Positions 26,255-36,226 are shown, counted from the stretch's first letter. The stretch: 64,000 nt of DNA from Candidatus Staskawiczbacteria bacterium (GCA_903928565.1 CAIYRH010000010.1:41614-105613); one strand, 5' to 3'. The notes: generated from the sequence alone by a model not told the origin. Program-made: numbers and translations.

Positions 26255-26503
26255 ATGTCTATATTAGAAACTTCTCAAATTATTTTTAATTTAATTATTT
26301 CCTTAGCGGTAATTTTAATTACTACCCTGGTTGTAGTTATAGCTTACGATATAATAAAAATTAGTAAATCATTTAAGAATTTAATAGAAAGCATTAGCAA
26401 GGGTTCTTCAGAAATTTACGAAAAAATAAATCAATTTCTGGAAAATATTTTTAAATTATCATTTTTGTCAAAATTCTTTAATAAAAAGAAAAAAGGTCGT
26501 TAG
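26255..26503 (+). CDS. hypothetical small membrane protein
   Basis: 82-aa ORF with one TM segment and a basic tail. Confidence 0.5.
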   Translation: MSILETSQIIFNLIISLAVILITTLVVVIAYDIIKISKSFKNLIESISKGSSEIYEKINQFLENIFKLSFLSKFFNKKKKGR

Positions 26504-26524
26504 AAATAAATAACAAAAAAAATT

Positions 26525-26851
26525 ATGGCTACATCAAAAAAAGGAAGTGGAACGAAAATTTTAGAAGGTACAATTGCAGGTTTGGCTCTTGGAGTCGCCG
26601 CTACATTGTTTATGTCTTCTAAAAAGGGCAAAGAACTAAGAAACAATATTGCAGATGTTTCAGCTGATTTTTATAAATACATTTCACCAAAATTGAAAAA
26701 AGCTCAAAAAATGGGTGAGAAACAATACAAGGAATTTATGAAAAATTCAGTGGCACAATATGCTAAAGCAAAGAAGCTTACCGAATCAATGACAAAAGAA
26801 TTGGTAAAAGAAGCCCAGCAAACTTGGAAACATATTTCTAAGCATATTTAG
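26525..26851 (+). CDS. YtxH-domain protein
   Basis: GTIAGLALGVAATLFMSSKKGKELR followed by a Lys-rich helical tail, typical of YtxH. Confidence 0.7.
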   Translation: MATSKKGSGTKILEGTIAGLALGVAATLFMSSKKGKELRNNIADVSADFYKYISPKLKKAQKMGEKQYKEFMKNSVAQYAKAKKLTESMTKELVKEAQQTWKHISKHI

Positions 26852-26870
26852 TGCATATCTAGGCAGCATC

Positions 26871-26906
26871 AAAAACCGTCCCGATGTACATCGGGACGGT
26901 TTTTTG
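26871..26906 (+). terminator. strong rho-independent terminator
   Basis: 9-bp stem CCGTCCCGA/TCGGGACGG flanked by A5 and T6. Confidence 0.85.
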
Positions 26907-26919
26907 GTATATTAATTAA

Positions 26920-27591
26920 ATGGAATATCCAATAAGAATAAACAAATATTTAAGAGACAAGGGGTTGGCTTCCAGGCGTGAAGCCGATAAGCTCGTTGAA
27001 AGCGGGCTTGTTTTTGTTAATGGCAAACGTGTTGATAACGGCGCCATGGTGGCTGAAACTGACAAAGTAATGGTAAAAGAGCAAAAAGGAAAAGATAAAA
27101 AACAATATGTTTATTTGGCTTATTATAAACCCAGAAATTTACCCACTCAAGATTTGCCTGGCCGAAAAAGTGTAATTACCGAGTGGCGAGAAAAGGGGCT
27201 TTACCCTGTTGGCAGGCTCGACAAAAGCTCGGAAGGTTTGTTGCTTTTAACCAATGACGGCCGTTTTGCCAGAGATGTTTTAGATAAAAGTTCTAAATAT
27301 GAAAAAGAATATGTTGTAACGGTTAAAGAGCCCTTAAGAATTGGTGTGGTAAGAATTTTTAAAGAAGGCATGGACACTCAAGCTTTGGGCAAGTTGTTGC
27401 CGGCTCAAGCGCGAATTATAAACAATTCAAAAATTCAGGTTATTTTAAACGAAGGCAAGCGCCACCAAATTAGAGTTATGTTTAACGAATTAAATTATAC
27501 AATTTCTTCGTTAAAGCGTGTTCGCATTGGCGACATTAAGATAGGCATCTTAAAACCCGGCGAAACCCGCTCCATAAAGCCAAACGTATAA
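26920..27591 (+). CDS. pseudouridine synthase, RsuA/RluB family
   Basis: S4 domain (RINKYLRDKGLASRREADKLV) and catalytic GRLDKSSEGLLLLTNDG. Confidence 0.9.
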   Translation: MEYPIRINKYLRDKGLASRREADKLVESGLVFVNGKRVDNGAMVAETDKVMVKEQKGKDKKQYVYLAYYKPRNLPTQDLPGRKSVITEWREKGLYPVGRLDKSSEGLLLLTNDGRFARDVLDKSSKYEKEYVVTVKEPLRIGVVRIFKEGMDTQALGKLLPAQARIINNSKIQVILNEGKRHQIRVMFNELNYTISSLKRVRIGDIKIGILKPGETRSIKPNV

Positions 27592-27597
27592 ATTGAA

Positions 27598-29508
27598 ATG
27601 GATTCTAAAATAGGCAATAAAATAATTGACTACGTAAAAGTTTTATTTTTACCACTATTGCTGGTGGTTTTGTTTGTCATTCAAAACGAAGCTTTTAATT
27701 ATTGGCTTAACATTTACTCAAGAACTTATTTTTACAGGTTGCTGTGGGTAACCTTTGGTTTGGGCGTTGTGTTTTATGGGCCGGCTTTGCTTTTTGGCAC
27801 CAATAACAAAAGATACAAATATTGGTATCTTTTCTTAGTTTCTTTTTTAGTTTCGTTACTTTTTATTGCGCAATTTTTATATTACAGATATTCGCAAAGT
27901 TTTTTACAATTTTCGGCAATAAAATATTTGGATCAGGCTGGAAGTGTTGCTGGCACTATTAAAATTTTACTTACGCCAGAACTTCTGCTTTTTATTAGCA
28001 ATTTAATTGTGGTTATTGTTGCGTACTTTATTACCGGAAAAAAGAAAAGCGAATTTAGTTTGCCAAATTGGGAAAAAGTAATAATTATTTTGGCAATGAT
28101 TTGTGTAGTGTTTTTTGGATATAAATATCTTTTATACACAGAAAAAAAAGAGTGGGGAAGCACCAGCAGATTATACACAGACGTTTACGACTTAAAAGCT
28201 CTTGTGGGCAAAATGGGAATTATGAATTTTTTTCTTGAAGACACTTTAAAATATGCCCTAAGAAGTAATTTAGTAAGCGAAGCCGACAAGGATTTCTTAA
28301 AAATATTTGCACAAAATAGGGCTGTCGCGCCGGTCTCAAAAAATTATTTTGGACTTGATAGAAAAAAGAATCTAATAATTATTCAAGTAGAATCTTTGGA
28401 AAATGCTGTAATTAATAAAAAAATTTACGGACAAGAAATTACTCCTAATTTAAATAAGTTAGCTACAGAAGGTTTGTATTTTAATAATTATTACACGCAA
28501 GTTGGGCCGGGCAACACCGCCGACGCAGAATTTGCTACAATGAATTCTTTGTACCCTTTAGCCGACGACGTAGTTTTTATTAACTATGCCAAAAATACTT
28601 ATAAGGCCTTGCCTCAACTTTTGGTAAAAAATGGATACAAAACGTATGCAATGCATGGCGATGTGCCAACATTTTGGAACCGGTCTAACATTTACCCGGG
28701 GTTAGGTTATCAAAAAGCATATGGTTTAGCAGATTACAAAGTGACAAGGCCTGTTGGGCAAGGTCCCTCAGATTTGGGTGACGAAGATTTATTTTCGCAG
28801 TCGGTGCCACGGCTAGAAAGTTTTAAAGAGCCGTTTATGGCAACCTTAATAACCATGAGTTTGCACACGCCTTTTATTTTACCAAACGATTTACAAACCT
28901 TAGATATTCCAGAAAATATGAATTTGCCCTGGATGCAGACAGCCTATTTGCAAAGCGCTCATTACACCGACAAAGCAATTGGAGAATTTATAGACCAATT
29001 AAAAAATGACGGATTGTATAACAATTCAGTAATTTTTATTTGGGGCGACCATGGAAGCTTTACAGATATTTCTTCTGCGTTGGGGCAAAAAAACATTTTA
29101 CCCGAATTAAAGAACAGCCAAGTACCAATGATTATTTTAAATTCTGGCGTAAAAAGCCAAACAATAAACACTCCGGCCAGCCATTTAGACATTTACCCCA
29201 CAATAACAAATTTATTAGGAATTAATCCGCCCAAATCTATTTTGGGGCAAGATTTATTAAATACGAAAAACCCCGTTGAAACTCATTTTGAGCTCGTTTC
29301 GGGTGGCATAGATGTAATTTTATCTTCAAAATTATCTTATCAGGCTGATGAAAGTGGAGTTTTTGCAAACGGTTTATGCACGTCAGTTTTAGACAAAAAA
29401 ACATTGCCAATTACAGATTGCCAAAATATTTACACCGAGCAATCAAATAATTTAAAAGCCTCAAACATTATAGTCCGCGGAAACCTCTTATCCGCCATTT
29501 CAAAATAA
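27598..29508 (+). CDS. LTA-synthase-family sulfatase (LtaS-like)
   Basis: Five N-terminal TM segments plus an extracellular sulfatase domain (IIIQVESLEN, GNTADAEF, WGDHG). Confidence 0.85.
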   Translation: MDSKIGNKIIDYVKVLFLPLLLVVLFVIQNEAFNYWLNIYSRTYFYRLLWVTFGLGVVFYGPALLFGTNNKRYKYWYLFLVSFLVSLLFIAQFLYYRYSQSFLQFSAIKYLDQAGSVAGTIKILLTPELLLFISNLIVVIVAYFITGKKKSEFSLPNWEKVIIILAMICVVFFGYKYLLYTEKKEWGSTSRLYTDVYDLKALVGKMGIMNFFLEDTLKYALRSNLVSEADKDFLKIFAQNRAVAPVSKNYFGLDRKKNLIIIQVESLENAVINKKIYGQEITPNLNKLATEGLYFNNYYTQVGPGNTADAEFATMNSLYPLADDVVFINYAKNTYKALPQLLVKNGYKTYAMHGDVPTFWNRSNIYPGLGYQKAYGLADYKVTRPVGQGPSDLGDEDLFSQSVPRLESFKEPFMATLITMSLHTPFILPNDLQTLDIPENMNLPWMQTAYLQSAHYTDKAIGEFIDQLKNDGLYNNSVIFIWGDHGSFTDISSALGQKNILPELKNSQVPMIILNSGVKSQTINTPASHLDIYPTITNLLGINPPKSILGQDLLNTKNPVETHFELVSGGIDVILSSKLSYQADESGVFANGLCTSVLDKKTLPITDCQNIYTEQSNNLKASNIIVRGNLLSAISK

Positions 29509-29524
29509 AAAATATCAGCCACAA

Positions 29525-29549
29525 AAGAGGGCATTGCCCCTCTTTTTTA
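29525..29549 (+). terminator. terminator
   Basis: GAGGG-CATTG-CCCTC followed by T6. Confidence 0.7.
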
Positions 29550-29579
29550 TTACATAAGAATTTGTTAAGATAACAAAAT

Positions 29580-32480
29580 ATGGCAATTGATTTAAATAAA
29601 TTAAATAAAGAGCAAAAAGAGGCGGTGCTTCATGGCAAAGGCCCGCTTTTAATTGTGGCTGGAGCGGGAACAGGAAAAACAACCGTTATAACCCAACGGA
29701 TTGTTAATTTAATTGAAACAAAACTAGCAAAACCAGAAGAAATTTTAGCGGTTACTTTTACCGAAAAGGCGGCTTTTGAAATGGAAGAAAGGGTAGATAA
29801 ATTATTAGAATACGGCTATGTTGATTTATGGATTTCAACATTTCACGCTTTTTGCGAAAAAGTTTTAAGAGAAAATGCTTTAGATATTGGCTTGCCTCCT
29901 AATTTTAAAATGCTAGACGGAACTTCTGCATGGCTTTTGGCACGCCAAAATTTAGATAAGTTTAATTTAAAATATTATAAATCTTTAGGAAACCCAACAA
30001 AATTTATTCAAGCTTTAATTTCGCATTTTTCTCATTGTAAAGACCAAGAAGTTTATCCAGAAAATTATTTAGAATATGCTAATTCTTTAAAAACGACAGA
30101 AAGCCCCACCGAAGACCAAGAAATAGAAAGAATAAAAGAAGTTGCCGTAGCCTACCAGGCCTATCAACAAATTTTGTTAGAAAACAGTTCTTTAGATTTT
30201 GGCGACTTAATAAATTACTGTCTAAAGCTTTTTAAAGAGCGTCCATTAATTTTAAAAAAATATCGCCAAAAATTTAAATACATTTTAGTTGATGAATTTC
30301 AAGATACAAATTGGGCGCAATATGAATTAATAAAATTATTAGCGGAGCCAAACAATAACTTAACCGTTTGCGCCGACGACGACCAGGCAATTTATAGATG
30401 GCGTGGAGCTTCATTTTCTAACATTATAAAATTTAAAGAAGATTTTCCGAGCGAAGCGAGAACCCCGTCGAATGACGGGGCCACACTCAAACAGGTTTCT
30501 TTGGTACAAAACTATCGCTCTGGGCAGAATATTTTAGACCAGTCATATAATTTTATTAAACAAAACGACCCCGACAGATTAGAATTTAGAATTAAAATAA
30601 ATAAAAAATTAGTTTCTAATATAAAAGATAATGGCACAATAGAACACATTCACTGTAAAACATTAGACCAAGAGGTTGGGCAAGTAATAAAAAAGATTTT
30701 AGAAATTAAAAAAACCGACAAAAGCGTTTTATTTAACGATTTTGCTATTTTGGTGCGTGCAAACGACTCGGCCGCCCCTTTTGTAAGAGCTTTAGAGCGG
30801 GCACAACTGCCGTATCAATTTTTAGCTTCACGTGGGCTTTATTCTAAAACAATAATTTTAGACATTATTTCATATTTTAAACTTTTAGATAATTACCACG
30901 AAGGCATTGCAACATACAGAATTTTAAGTTTGCCATTTTTAGAAATTGATAATACAGACATCTCAACCATAACGCAATATAGCCACAAAAAAACAAAATC
31001 ACTTTTTGAATCTTTACACGAATTGCCGTTAATTACAGGAGTATCTAAGCATGCACAAGAAAAGGTGGCTTTTATTTTAAGTTTAATTGAAAAACATAGT
31101 CAAGACGCCCGTGACAAAGGAGTCTCAGAAATTTTAATTAATTTCTTAGTTGATTTTGGTTATTTAGATTATATTAAAGAAGACCAAGAAAAAATTGATT
31201 TAGTAAACCAATTTTTAAAAAAGACCAAACAATTTGAAGAGAATAATTTAGAGCCTTCGTTGAAAAATTTTATGGAGCAAATGACGCTTGAAATTGAATC
31301 TGGCGAAGAAGGTAAATTGGAATTTGACCCCGACCAAGGCCCCGACATGATTAAAGTAATGACAATTCATGGCGCCAAAGGTTTAGAATTTAAGTACGTG
31401 TTTTTGGTAAATATGGTTGATAGAAGATTTCCAACAGACCAAAGAAAAGACCCCATAGAATTACCCGAAGCCCTTATTAAAGACATAAAACCAACCGGTG
31501 ACATTCATTTGCAAGAAGAAAGGAGGCTTTGTTATGTGGCAATGACCCGTGCCAAGAAGGGGCTTTATTTTACTTCAGCTGAAGATTACGGTGGCCAAAG
31601 AAGAAAAAAATTATCACGGTTTTTAACAGAAATGGCATATAGTCAGGAAGAGATGCCTGCTCACTCCGTGCAACCTACTCGTCTCGCTTTGCGAGACTCG
31701 CCCATCCCTAACCCTTCCGTTCGCAAGCATATCTTGCCTGCCTCATACTTTCCATCGCATTTTTCTTTTTCTCAACTTTCAATTTTTGAAAAATGTCCTT
31801 TGCAATATAAATTTCAATACATTTTAAAAATACCGCAAAAGGGAAAGGCAGTATTTTCATTTGGAAGCACAATACACAATACTTTTTACGAGTTTTTAAA
31901 TTCTACAGGCAAAAAGAAAACGCTTAAAAATTTAGAAGAAATTTATGGAAGAAACTGGATAGACGAATGGTATGAGAATAAAAAACAAAAAGAAGATTAC
32001 AGAAAAAATGGTGAGCGAATTATAAAAAACTTCTACGAAAATTATTCAAAAAAACAGCCACAACTGTTAGAAATTAACGGAACGTTGGCCCTAGAAACGC
32101 CGTTTAATTTAAAAATTGGAGAAGATACAATTTATGGTAGAATAGACAGAATTGATAACAACAATGGGGAAATTGAAATTATTGATTATAAAACTGGCAA
32201 GCCAAAAGACAAATTGACCCCCGAAGAAAAAGAACAGTTGTTGATTTATCAAATGGCTGCTCAAGAAGTTTTGGGCATAAAACCGCAGAAGCTTACGTAC
32301 CACTATTTAGAAGAGGACAAAAAGGTTTCTTTTTTAGGCACAGACTTAGAAATTGAAAACTTAAGAACCAAAATTAAAGAAATAATTAAAAAAATTAAAA
32401 ACAACGATTTTAGCGCAATCCCTGGGTACCATTGCGAGTACTGCGATTTTAAAGATTTGTGCGATTTCGCTCAAAGATAA
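29580..32480 (+). CDS. UvrD/PcrA-type helicase fused to a C-terminal PD-(D/E)XK, Cas4-like nuclease
   Basis: GAGTGKT, VDEFQDTN, QNYRS and VMTIHGAKGLEF helicase motifs. The C-terminus has GRIDRID...IIDYKTGK and CEYCDFKDLC (Cys cluster). Confidence 0.9.
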   Translation: MAIDLNKLNKEQKEAVLHGKGPLLIVAGAGTGKTTVITQRIVNLIETKLAKPEEILAVTFTEKAAFEMEERVDKLLEYGYVDLWISTFHAFCEKVLRENALDIGLPPNFKMLDGTSAWLLARQNLDKFNLKYYKSLGNPTKFIQALISHFSHCKDQEVYPENYLEYANSLKTTESPTEDQEIERIKEVAVAYQAYQQILLENSSLDFGDLINYCLKLFKERPLILKKYRQKFKYILVDEFQDTNWAQYELIKLLAEPNNNLTVCADDDQAIYRWRGASFSNIIKFKEDFPSEARTPSNDGATLKQVSLVQNYRSGQNILDQSYNFIKQNDPDRLEFRIKINKKLVSNIKDNGTIEHIHCKTLDQEVGQVIKKILEIKKTDKSVLFNDFAILVRANDSAAPFVRALERAQLPYQFLASRGLYSKTIILDIISYFKLLDNYHEGIATYRILSLPFLEIDNTDISTITQYSHKKTKSLFESLHELPLITGVSKHAQEKVAFILSLIEKHSQDARDKGVSEILINFLVDFGYLDYIKEDQEKIDLVNQFLKKTKQFEENNLEPSLKNFMEQMTLEIESGEEGKLEFDPDQGPDMIKVMTIHGAKGLEFKYVFLVNMVDRRFPTDQRKDPIELPEALIKDIKPTGDIHLQEERRLCYVAMTRAKKGLYFTSAEDYGGQRRKKLSRFLTEMAYSQEEMPAHSVQPTRLALRDSPIPNPSVRKHILPASYFPSHFSFSQLSIFEKCPLQYKFQYILKIPQKGKAVFSFGSTIHNTFYEFLNSTGKKKTLKNLEEIYGRNWIDEWYENKKQKEDYRKNGERIIKNFYENYSKKQPQLLEINGTLALETPFNLKIGEDTIYGRIDRIDNNNGEIEIIDYKTGKPKDKLTPEEKEQLLIYQMAAQEVLGIKPQKLTYHYLEEDKKVSFLGTDLEIENLRTKIKEIIKKIKNNDFSAIPGYHCEYCDFKDLCDFAQR

Positions 32481-32482
32481 AA

Positions 32483-33322
32483 ATGATTAGAGATGATAAC
32501 AATTCAGTGTGGGTGTCTCACTCTTCAATGAACGACTATTTGAAATGCCCAAGACTCTATTTTTTACGTAACATATATAGAAATGAACGTGGGAAAAAAA
32601 TAAGCATAGCTGCCGTGCCTCTTTCTTTAGGAAAAGCAGTGCACGACACATTAGAAGGCTTGGCAGAATATAAGGCAGAAGAAAGATTTTCAAAGCCCTT
32701 AATGGAAACATTTGAAGAACACTGGAAAAAAGTTACAGGAAAATTTGGAGGCTTTAAAACTGAAGACGACGAAGCCGTAGCAAAAGAGCGTGGCAGAAAT
32801 ATGATAAACAGGGTTTGTCAAAACCCAGGGCCCTTGTTGAATAAAACGGTAAAGCTTTACGACAAAGATATGGGAAGCCTTTTAAATTTTTATTTATCGC
32901 CAAAAGACAAAATTGTTTTATGTGGCAGAATTGATTGGCTAGAATATGTGCCCGAAGATGACAGTTTGCGAGTTTTAGATTTTAAAACCGGCAAAAACAG
33001 TGAAAAGAAAGATTCTTTGCAATTGCCCATTTACGCCTTGCTGTTAAGGGCATTGCAAAAAAGAAAAGTTACGGGAGCAAGCTATTGGTATGTTGATAAA
33101 GACGACGCTCCCATGGAAGTTGAATTGCCAGACATAAAGTCTTCGGCAATAAAAATATTACAAATAGCTAAAAGAATAAAACATGCCAGAGCAAGCGAAC
33201 AATTTAGTTGCCCGCGGGGTAGGCAAGGATGTTTTGCTTGTAAGCCCTTTGAGAGCATTTTAAACGGCAAAGCAGAGTTCGTTGGCGTGGGTGAATACGA
33301 TCAAGAAATTTATATGCTATAA
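32483..33322 (+). CDS. PD-(D/E)XK nuclease, Cas4/AddB-like, paralog 1
   Basis: CPRLYFLRNIY..., GRIDWLEY...VLDFKTGK, QLPIY, and C-terminal CPRGRQGCFACKPFE. The ATG directly after the helicase stop codon is preferred. Confidence 0.8.
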   Translation: MIRDDNNSVWVSHSSMNDYLKCPRLYFLRNIYRNERGKKISIAAVPLSLGKAVHDTLEGLAEYKAEERFSKPLMETFEEHWKKVTGKFGGFKTEDDEAVAKERGRNMINRVCQNPGPLLNKTVKLYDKDMGSLLNFYLSPKDKIVLCGRIDWLEYVPEDDSLRVLDFKTGKNSEKKDSLQLPIYALLLRALQKRKVTGASYWYVDKDDAPMEVELPDIKSSAIKILQIAKRIKHARASEQFSCPRGRQGCFACKPFESILNGKAEFVGVGEYDQEIYML

Positions 33323-33362
33323 TAAGAATCAATCTTATTAATAACAACGTATTAAATATATT

Positions 33363-34550
33363 ATGAAAATTATAAACGATGAATTTGGTCCTGAATATGT
33401 AATAAACATTTACGACCCTAAACTAAAAATGGAAGGGTTTTTAGTAATTGATAATACCGTGCTTGGGCCGGGTAAAGGCGGAATTAGAATGACCGAAAAC
33501 GTAACCGCAGAAGAAGTTTTCAGATTGGCCCGAACAATGACTTTTAAAAACGCTTTAGCAGATTTGCCTTTTGGTGGAGCAAAAGCTGGAATAGTTTGGC
33601 GCGGTGGAACAGATGAATTAAAAAAGAAATTTATTCAAAGTTTTGCTAAATCTATAAAATTATTAACTCCTAAAAAATATATTGCAGCACCAGATGTTCA
33701 CACCGGCGAGAAGGAAATGCAATGGTTTGTTGAGGCAACGGGTGATTGGCGGTCTGCTACAGGCAAGCCCGCTAATTATTGTATGAAAGCCTTTGGCAAA
33801 AAAGGGGAAAGGTGCGGAATTCCTCATGAATATGGAAGCACTGGTTTTGGAGTTGCAAAAACTGCCCAGGCGGCTGCTGAAATTTTGGGAATAGATATTA
33901 GGGGAGCCAAAGTTGCTATACACGGTTTTGGAAATGTTGGAACTTTTGCCTATAAATTTTTAACAGAAATGGGGGCTAAAGTTGTTGTTTTAGCAGACCA
34001 CGAGGCGGCAATTTATGAAGAAAATGGTTTTGACCATAAATTAATTGCTGAAATAATGAAGGAAAGAAAAACCTTAAAGCATTATTCAAAAGGTCAAAAA
34101 ATTTCTGCTGAAAAATTTTGGGAAATTGAAACAGACATTTTAATTCCAGCTTCAATTACAAATGTAATTAATGACAGTAATAAAAATAAAATAAACACAA
34201 AACTCATTGTTGAGGCGGGCAATATTCCAATGTCTGAAGAAATTGAAGAAGAATTTTTTAAAAAAGGAATTCCCGTTGTGCCAGATTTTATTGCCAATGC
34301 TGGCGGAGTTATTTCTTCTTATGCAGAATACCGCGGCTACAACCCAAAAAGAATGATGGATACAATAGAGAAAAAAATAACCAAAAATGTTAAAATGATA
34401 ATGAAGAAGAGTCTTAAAGAAAAGAAAGATCCACGCATTGTGGGCATAGAAATTGCCGTAAGCAGAATTACAAAAAAATCTGCAAAGGTTCCGCACCAAG
34501 TTAAAATGTTTTCAGATGTAGACGTTAAAGCGGTGGTAGTTAGACAATAA
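33363..34550 (+). CDS. Glu/Leu/Phe/Val-family (glutamate) dehydrogenase
   Basis: GPGKGGIRM and FGGAKAGI motifs, and the Rossmann segment HGFGNVG. Confidence 0.9.
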   Translation: MKIINDEFGPEYVINIYDPKLKMEGFLVIDNTVLGPGKGGIRMTENVTAEEVFRLARTMTFKNALADLPFGGAKAGIVWRGGTDELKKKFIQSFAKSIKLLTPKKYIAAPDVHTGEKEMQWFVEATGDWRSATGKPANYCMKAFGKKGERCGIPHEYGSTGFGVAKTAQAAAEILGIDIRGAKVAIHGFGNVGTFAYKFLTEMGAKVVVLADHEAAIYEENGFDHKLIAEIMKERKTLKHYSKGQKISAEKFWEIETDILIPASITNVINDSNKNKINTKLIVEAGNIPMSEEIEEEFFKKGIPVVPDFIANAGGVISSYAEYRGYNPKRMMDTIEKKITKNVKMIMKKSLKEKKDPRIVGIEIAVSRITKKSAKVPHQVKMFSDVDVKAVVVRQ

Positions 34551-34554
34551 AAAT

Positions 34555-34902
34555 ATGGAAGAAATATCATTTGATGATTTTAAAAAATTAGACATTCGTA
34601 TGGGCAAGATAATTTCGGCCGAGAGGGTTGAGGATTCTGATAAATTGTTAAAGCTTGTAGTGGACTTTGGGGAATTAGGTGCCTCTGATTTGCCTGCCCA
34701 CAGGCAGATTATCGCCGGATTAGCGCAATTTTATGCCCCAGAAGCGCTTGTGGGCAAAGAGTGCCCTTTTGCCTACAACCTAGCCCCACGCGTCCTAGCG
34801 GGCCTAGAGTCGCAAGGCATGGTGCTCTGTCCATCAGATGCTGTTGGGCCAGCTTTATTGCACCCCGATAAAGAAGTCCCCCCAGGAAGTAAAATAAAAT
34901 AG
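34555..34902 (+). CDS. tRNA-binding domain protein (CsaA/Trbp111-like)
   Basis: FKKLDIRMGKIISAERVEDSDKLLKLVVDFGE...IIAGLAQFY is typical of the OB-fold tRNA-binding domain. Confidence 0.82.
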   Translation: MEEISFDDFKKLDIRMGKIISAERVEDSDKLLKLVVDFGELGASDLPAHRQIIAGLAQFYAPEALVGKECPFAYNLAPRVLAGLESQGMVLCPSDAVGPALLHPDKEVPPGSKIK

Positions 34903-34905
34903 TTC

Positions 34906-35745
34906 ATGGCGCAAGATAAATACAAATCAGTTTGGGTTTCACATTCTTCAATTGGTGACTTTTTGAAATGCCCCAGGCTTTATTATTTGCATAATGTTTA
35001 TAAAAACGACCTAGGCAGAAAAATAAACTTAACCAGCCCCGCACTTTCATTAGGAATTGCTGTGCATGAAGTAATTGAAGGGTTAGCAAAATATAAGGTT
35101 GAAGAAAGATTCTTAAAACCGTTAGAAGAAACTTTTGAAGAAGAGTGGAAAAAAGTTACTGGCAAACAAGGTGGTTTTAAAACCGAACAAGAAGAAGCTG
35201 AAGCCAAAGAGCGCGGGAGAAAAATGATTTTAAGAGTTGTAAATAATCCTGGCCCGCTTGCCAATAAAACTGTAAAACTTCCGCCCGCGCACAATAACAT
35301 GCCGCCAAATTTTTTTCTTTCGGAAGAGGAAAATATTATTTTAAATGGGAAAATAGATTGGTTAGAGTATGTTCCAGAAGACGACAGCATTAAAGTTATT
35401 GATTTTAAAACCGGAAAAAATGAAGAAAAGGAAGATTCGCTTCAACTGCCAATTTACGTTTTACTATTAAATAATTTACAGAAAAGAAAAGTTTCTGGAG
35501 CGGCTTATTGGTATTTAGATTCTTCAGACACGCCAATTGCGGTAACCTTGCCAGATGCCCAGAAGGCGCACGCGCAAGTTTTAGAAATTGCTAAAAAAAT
35601 AAAAACTGCCAGAGAAAAACAAGAATTTAATTGCCCCAGGGGCCCTGAAGGATGTTTTGCCTGCAAGCCGTTTGAGAAAATTTTAAAGGGTGAGGCTGAA
35701 TATATTGGCGTGGGCGGGTATGGGCAAGATATGTATATTCTTTAA
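34906..35745 (+). CDS. PD-(D/E)XK nuclease, Cas4/AddB-like, paralog 2
   Basis: Collinear with 32483-33322 (SVWVSHSSxxDxLKCPRLYxLxNxY, DWLEYVPEDDS, DFKTGKN, CPRGxxGCFACKPFE). Confidence 0.8.
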   Translation: MAQDKYKSVWVSHSSIGDFLKCPRLYYLHNVYKNDLGRKINLTSPALSLGIAVHEVIEGLAKYKVEERFLKPLEETFEEEWKKVTGKQGGFKTEQEEAEAKERGRKMILRVVNNPGPLANKTVKLPPAHNNMPPNFFLSEEENIILNGKIDWLEYVPEDDSIKVIDFKTGKNEEKEDSLQLPIYVLLLNNLQKRKVSGAAYWYLDSSDTPIAVTLPDAQKAHAQVLEIAKKIKTAREKQEFNCPRGPEGCFACKPFEKILKGEAEYIGVGGYGQDMYIL

Positions 35746-35760
35746 ATAATAATTACAACT

Positions 35761-36225
35761 ATGGCTGGAAATTTTAAAAAAATATTATTATCTTTAACAT
35801 TCGTGGTTGTTTTTGGGTTATACGTAATTTATCAGAAAAATACTAGCGGGGGCGCCAACCCCGTAGTAGACACTTTGCAAACAAATCCAAGTCAAATAAA
35901 TAATAATCAAGATATCGCAATGGCGCCAATGTCAAAAAAAAATAAATTTAAGAACGGCCAATACACAGGAAATTCAGTAGATGCGTTTTATGGTTTGGTG
36001 CAAGTGCAAGCAATTATTGCTGGTGGAAAATTAACAGACATAAAATTTTTAGATTATCCGCAGGTTGATGACGCTTCTTTAAGCAGGAGCAACCATGCTT
36101 TGCCTATTTTAAAATCAGAGGCAATACAAACGCAAAGCGCAAATGTTAATGCCGTTTCTGGAGCCACTGAAACCAGCAGGGCTTTTGGCGAGTCGTTGTC
36201 TTCTGCGCTTTCTCAAGCCATTTAA
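35761..36225 (+). CDS. membrane-anchored FMN-binding domain protein
   Basis: N-terminal TM segment. C-terminal VNAVSGATETSRAFGESL flavinylation-type motif. Confidence 0.75.
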   Translation: MAGNFKKILLSLTFVVVFGLYVIYQKNTSGGANPVVDTLQTNPSQINNNQDIAMAPMSKKNKFKNGQYTGNSVDAFYGLVQVQAIIAGGKLTDIKFLDYPQVDDASLSRSNHALPILKSEAIQTQSANVNAVSGATETSRAFGESLSSALSQAI

Positions 36226-36226
36226 T

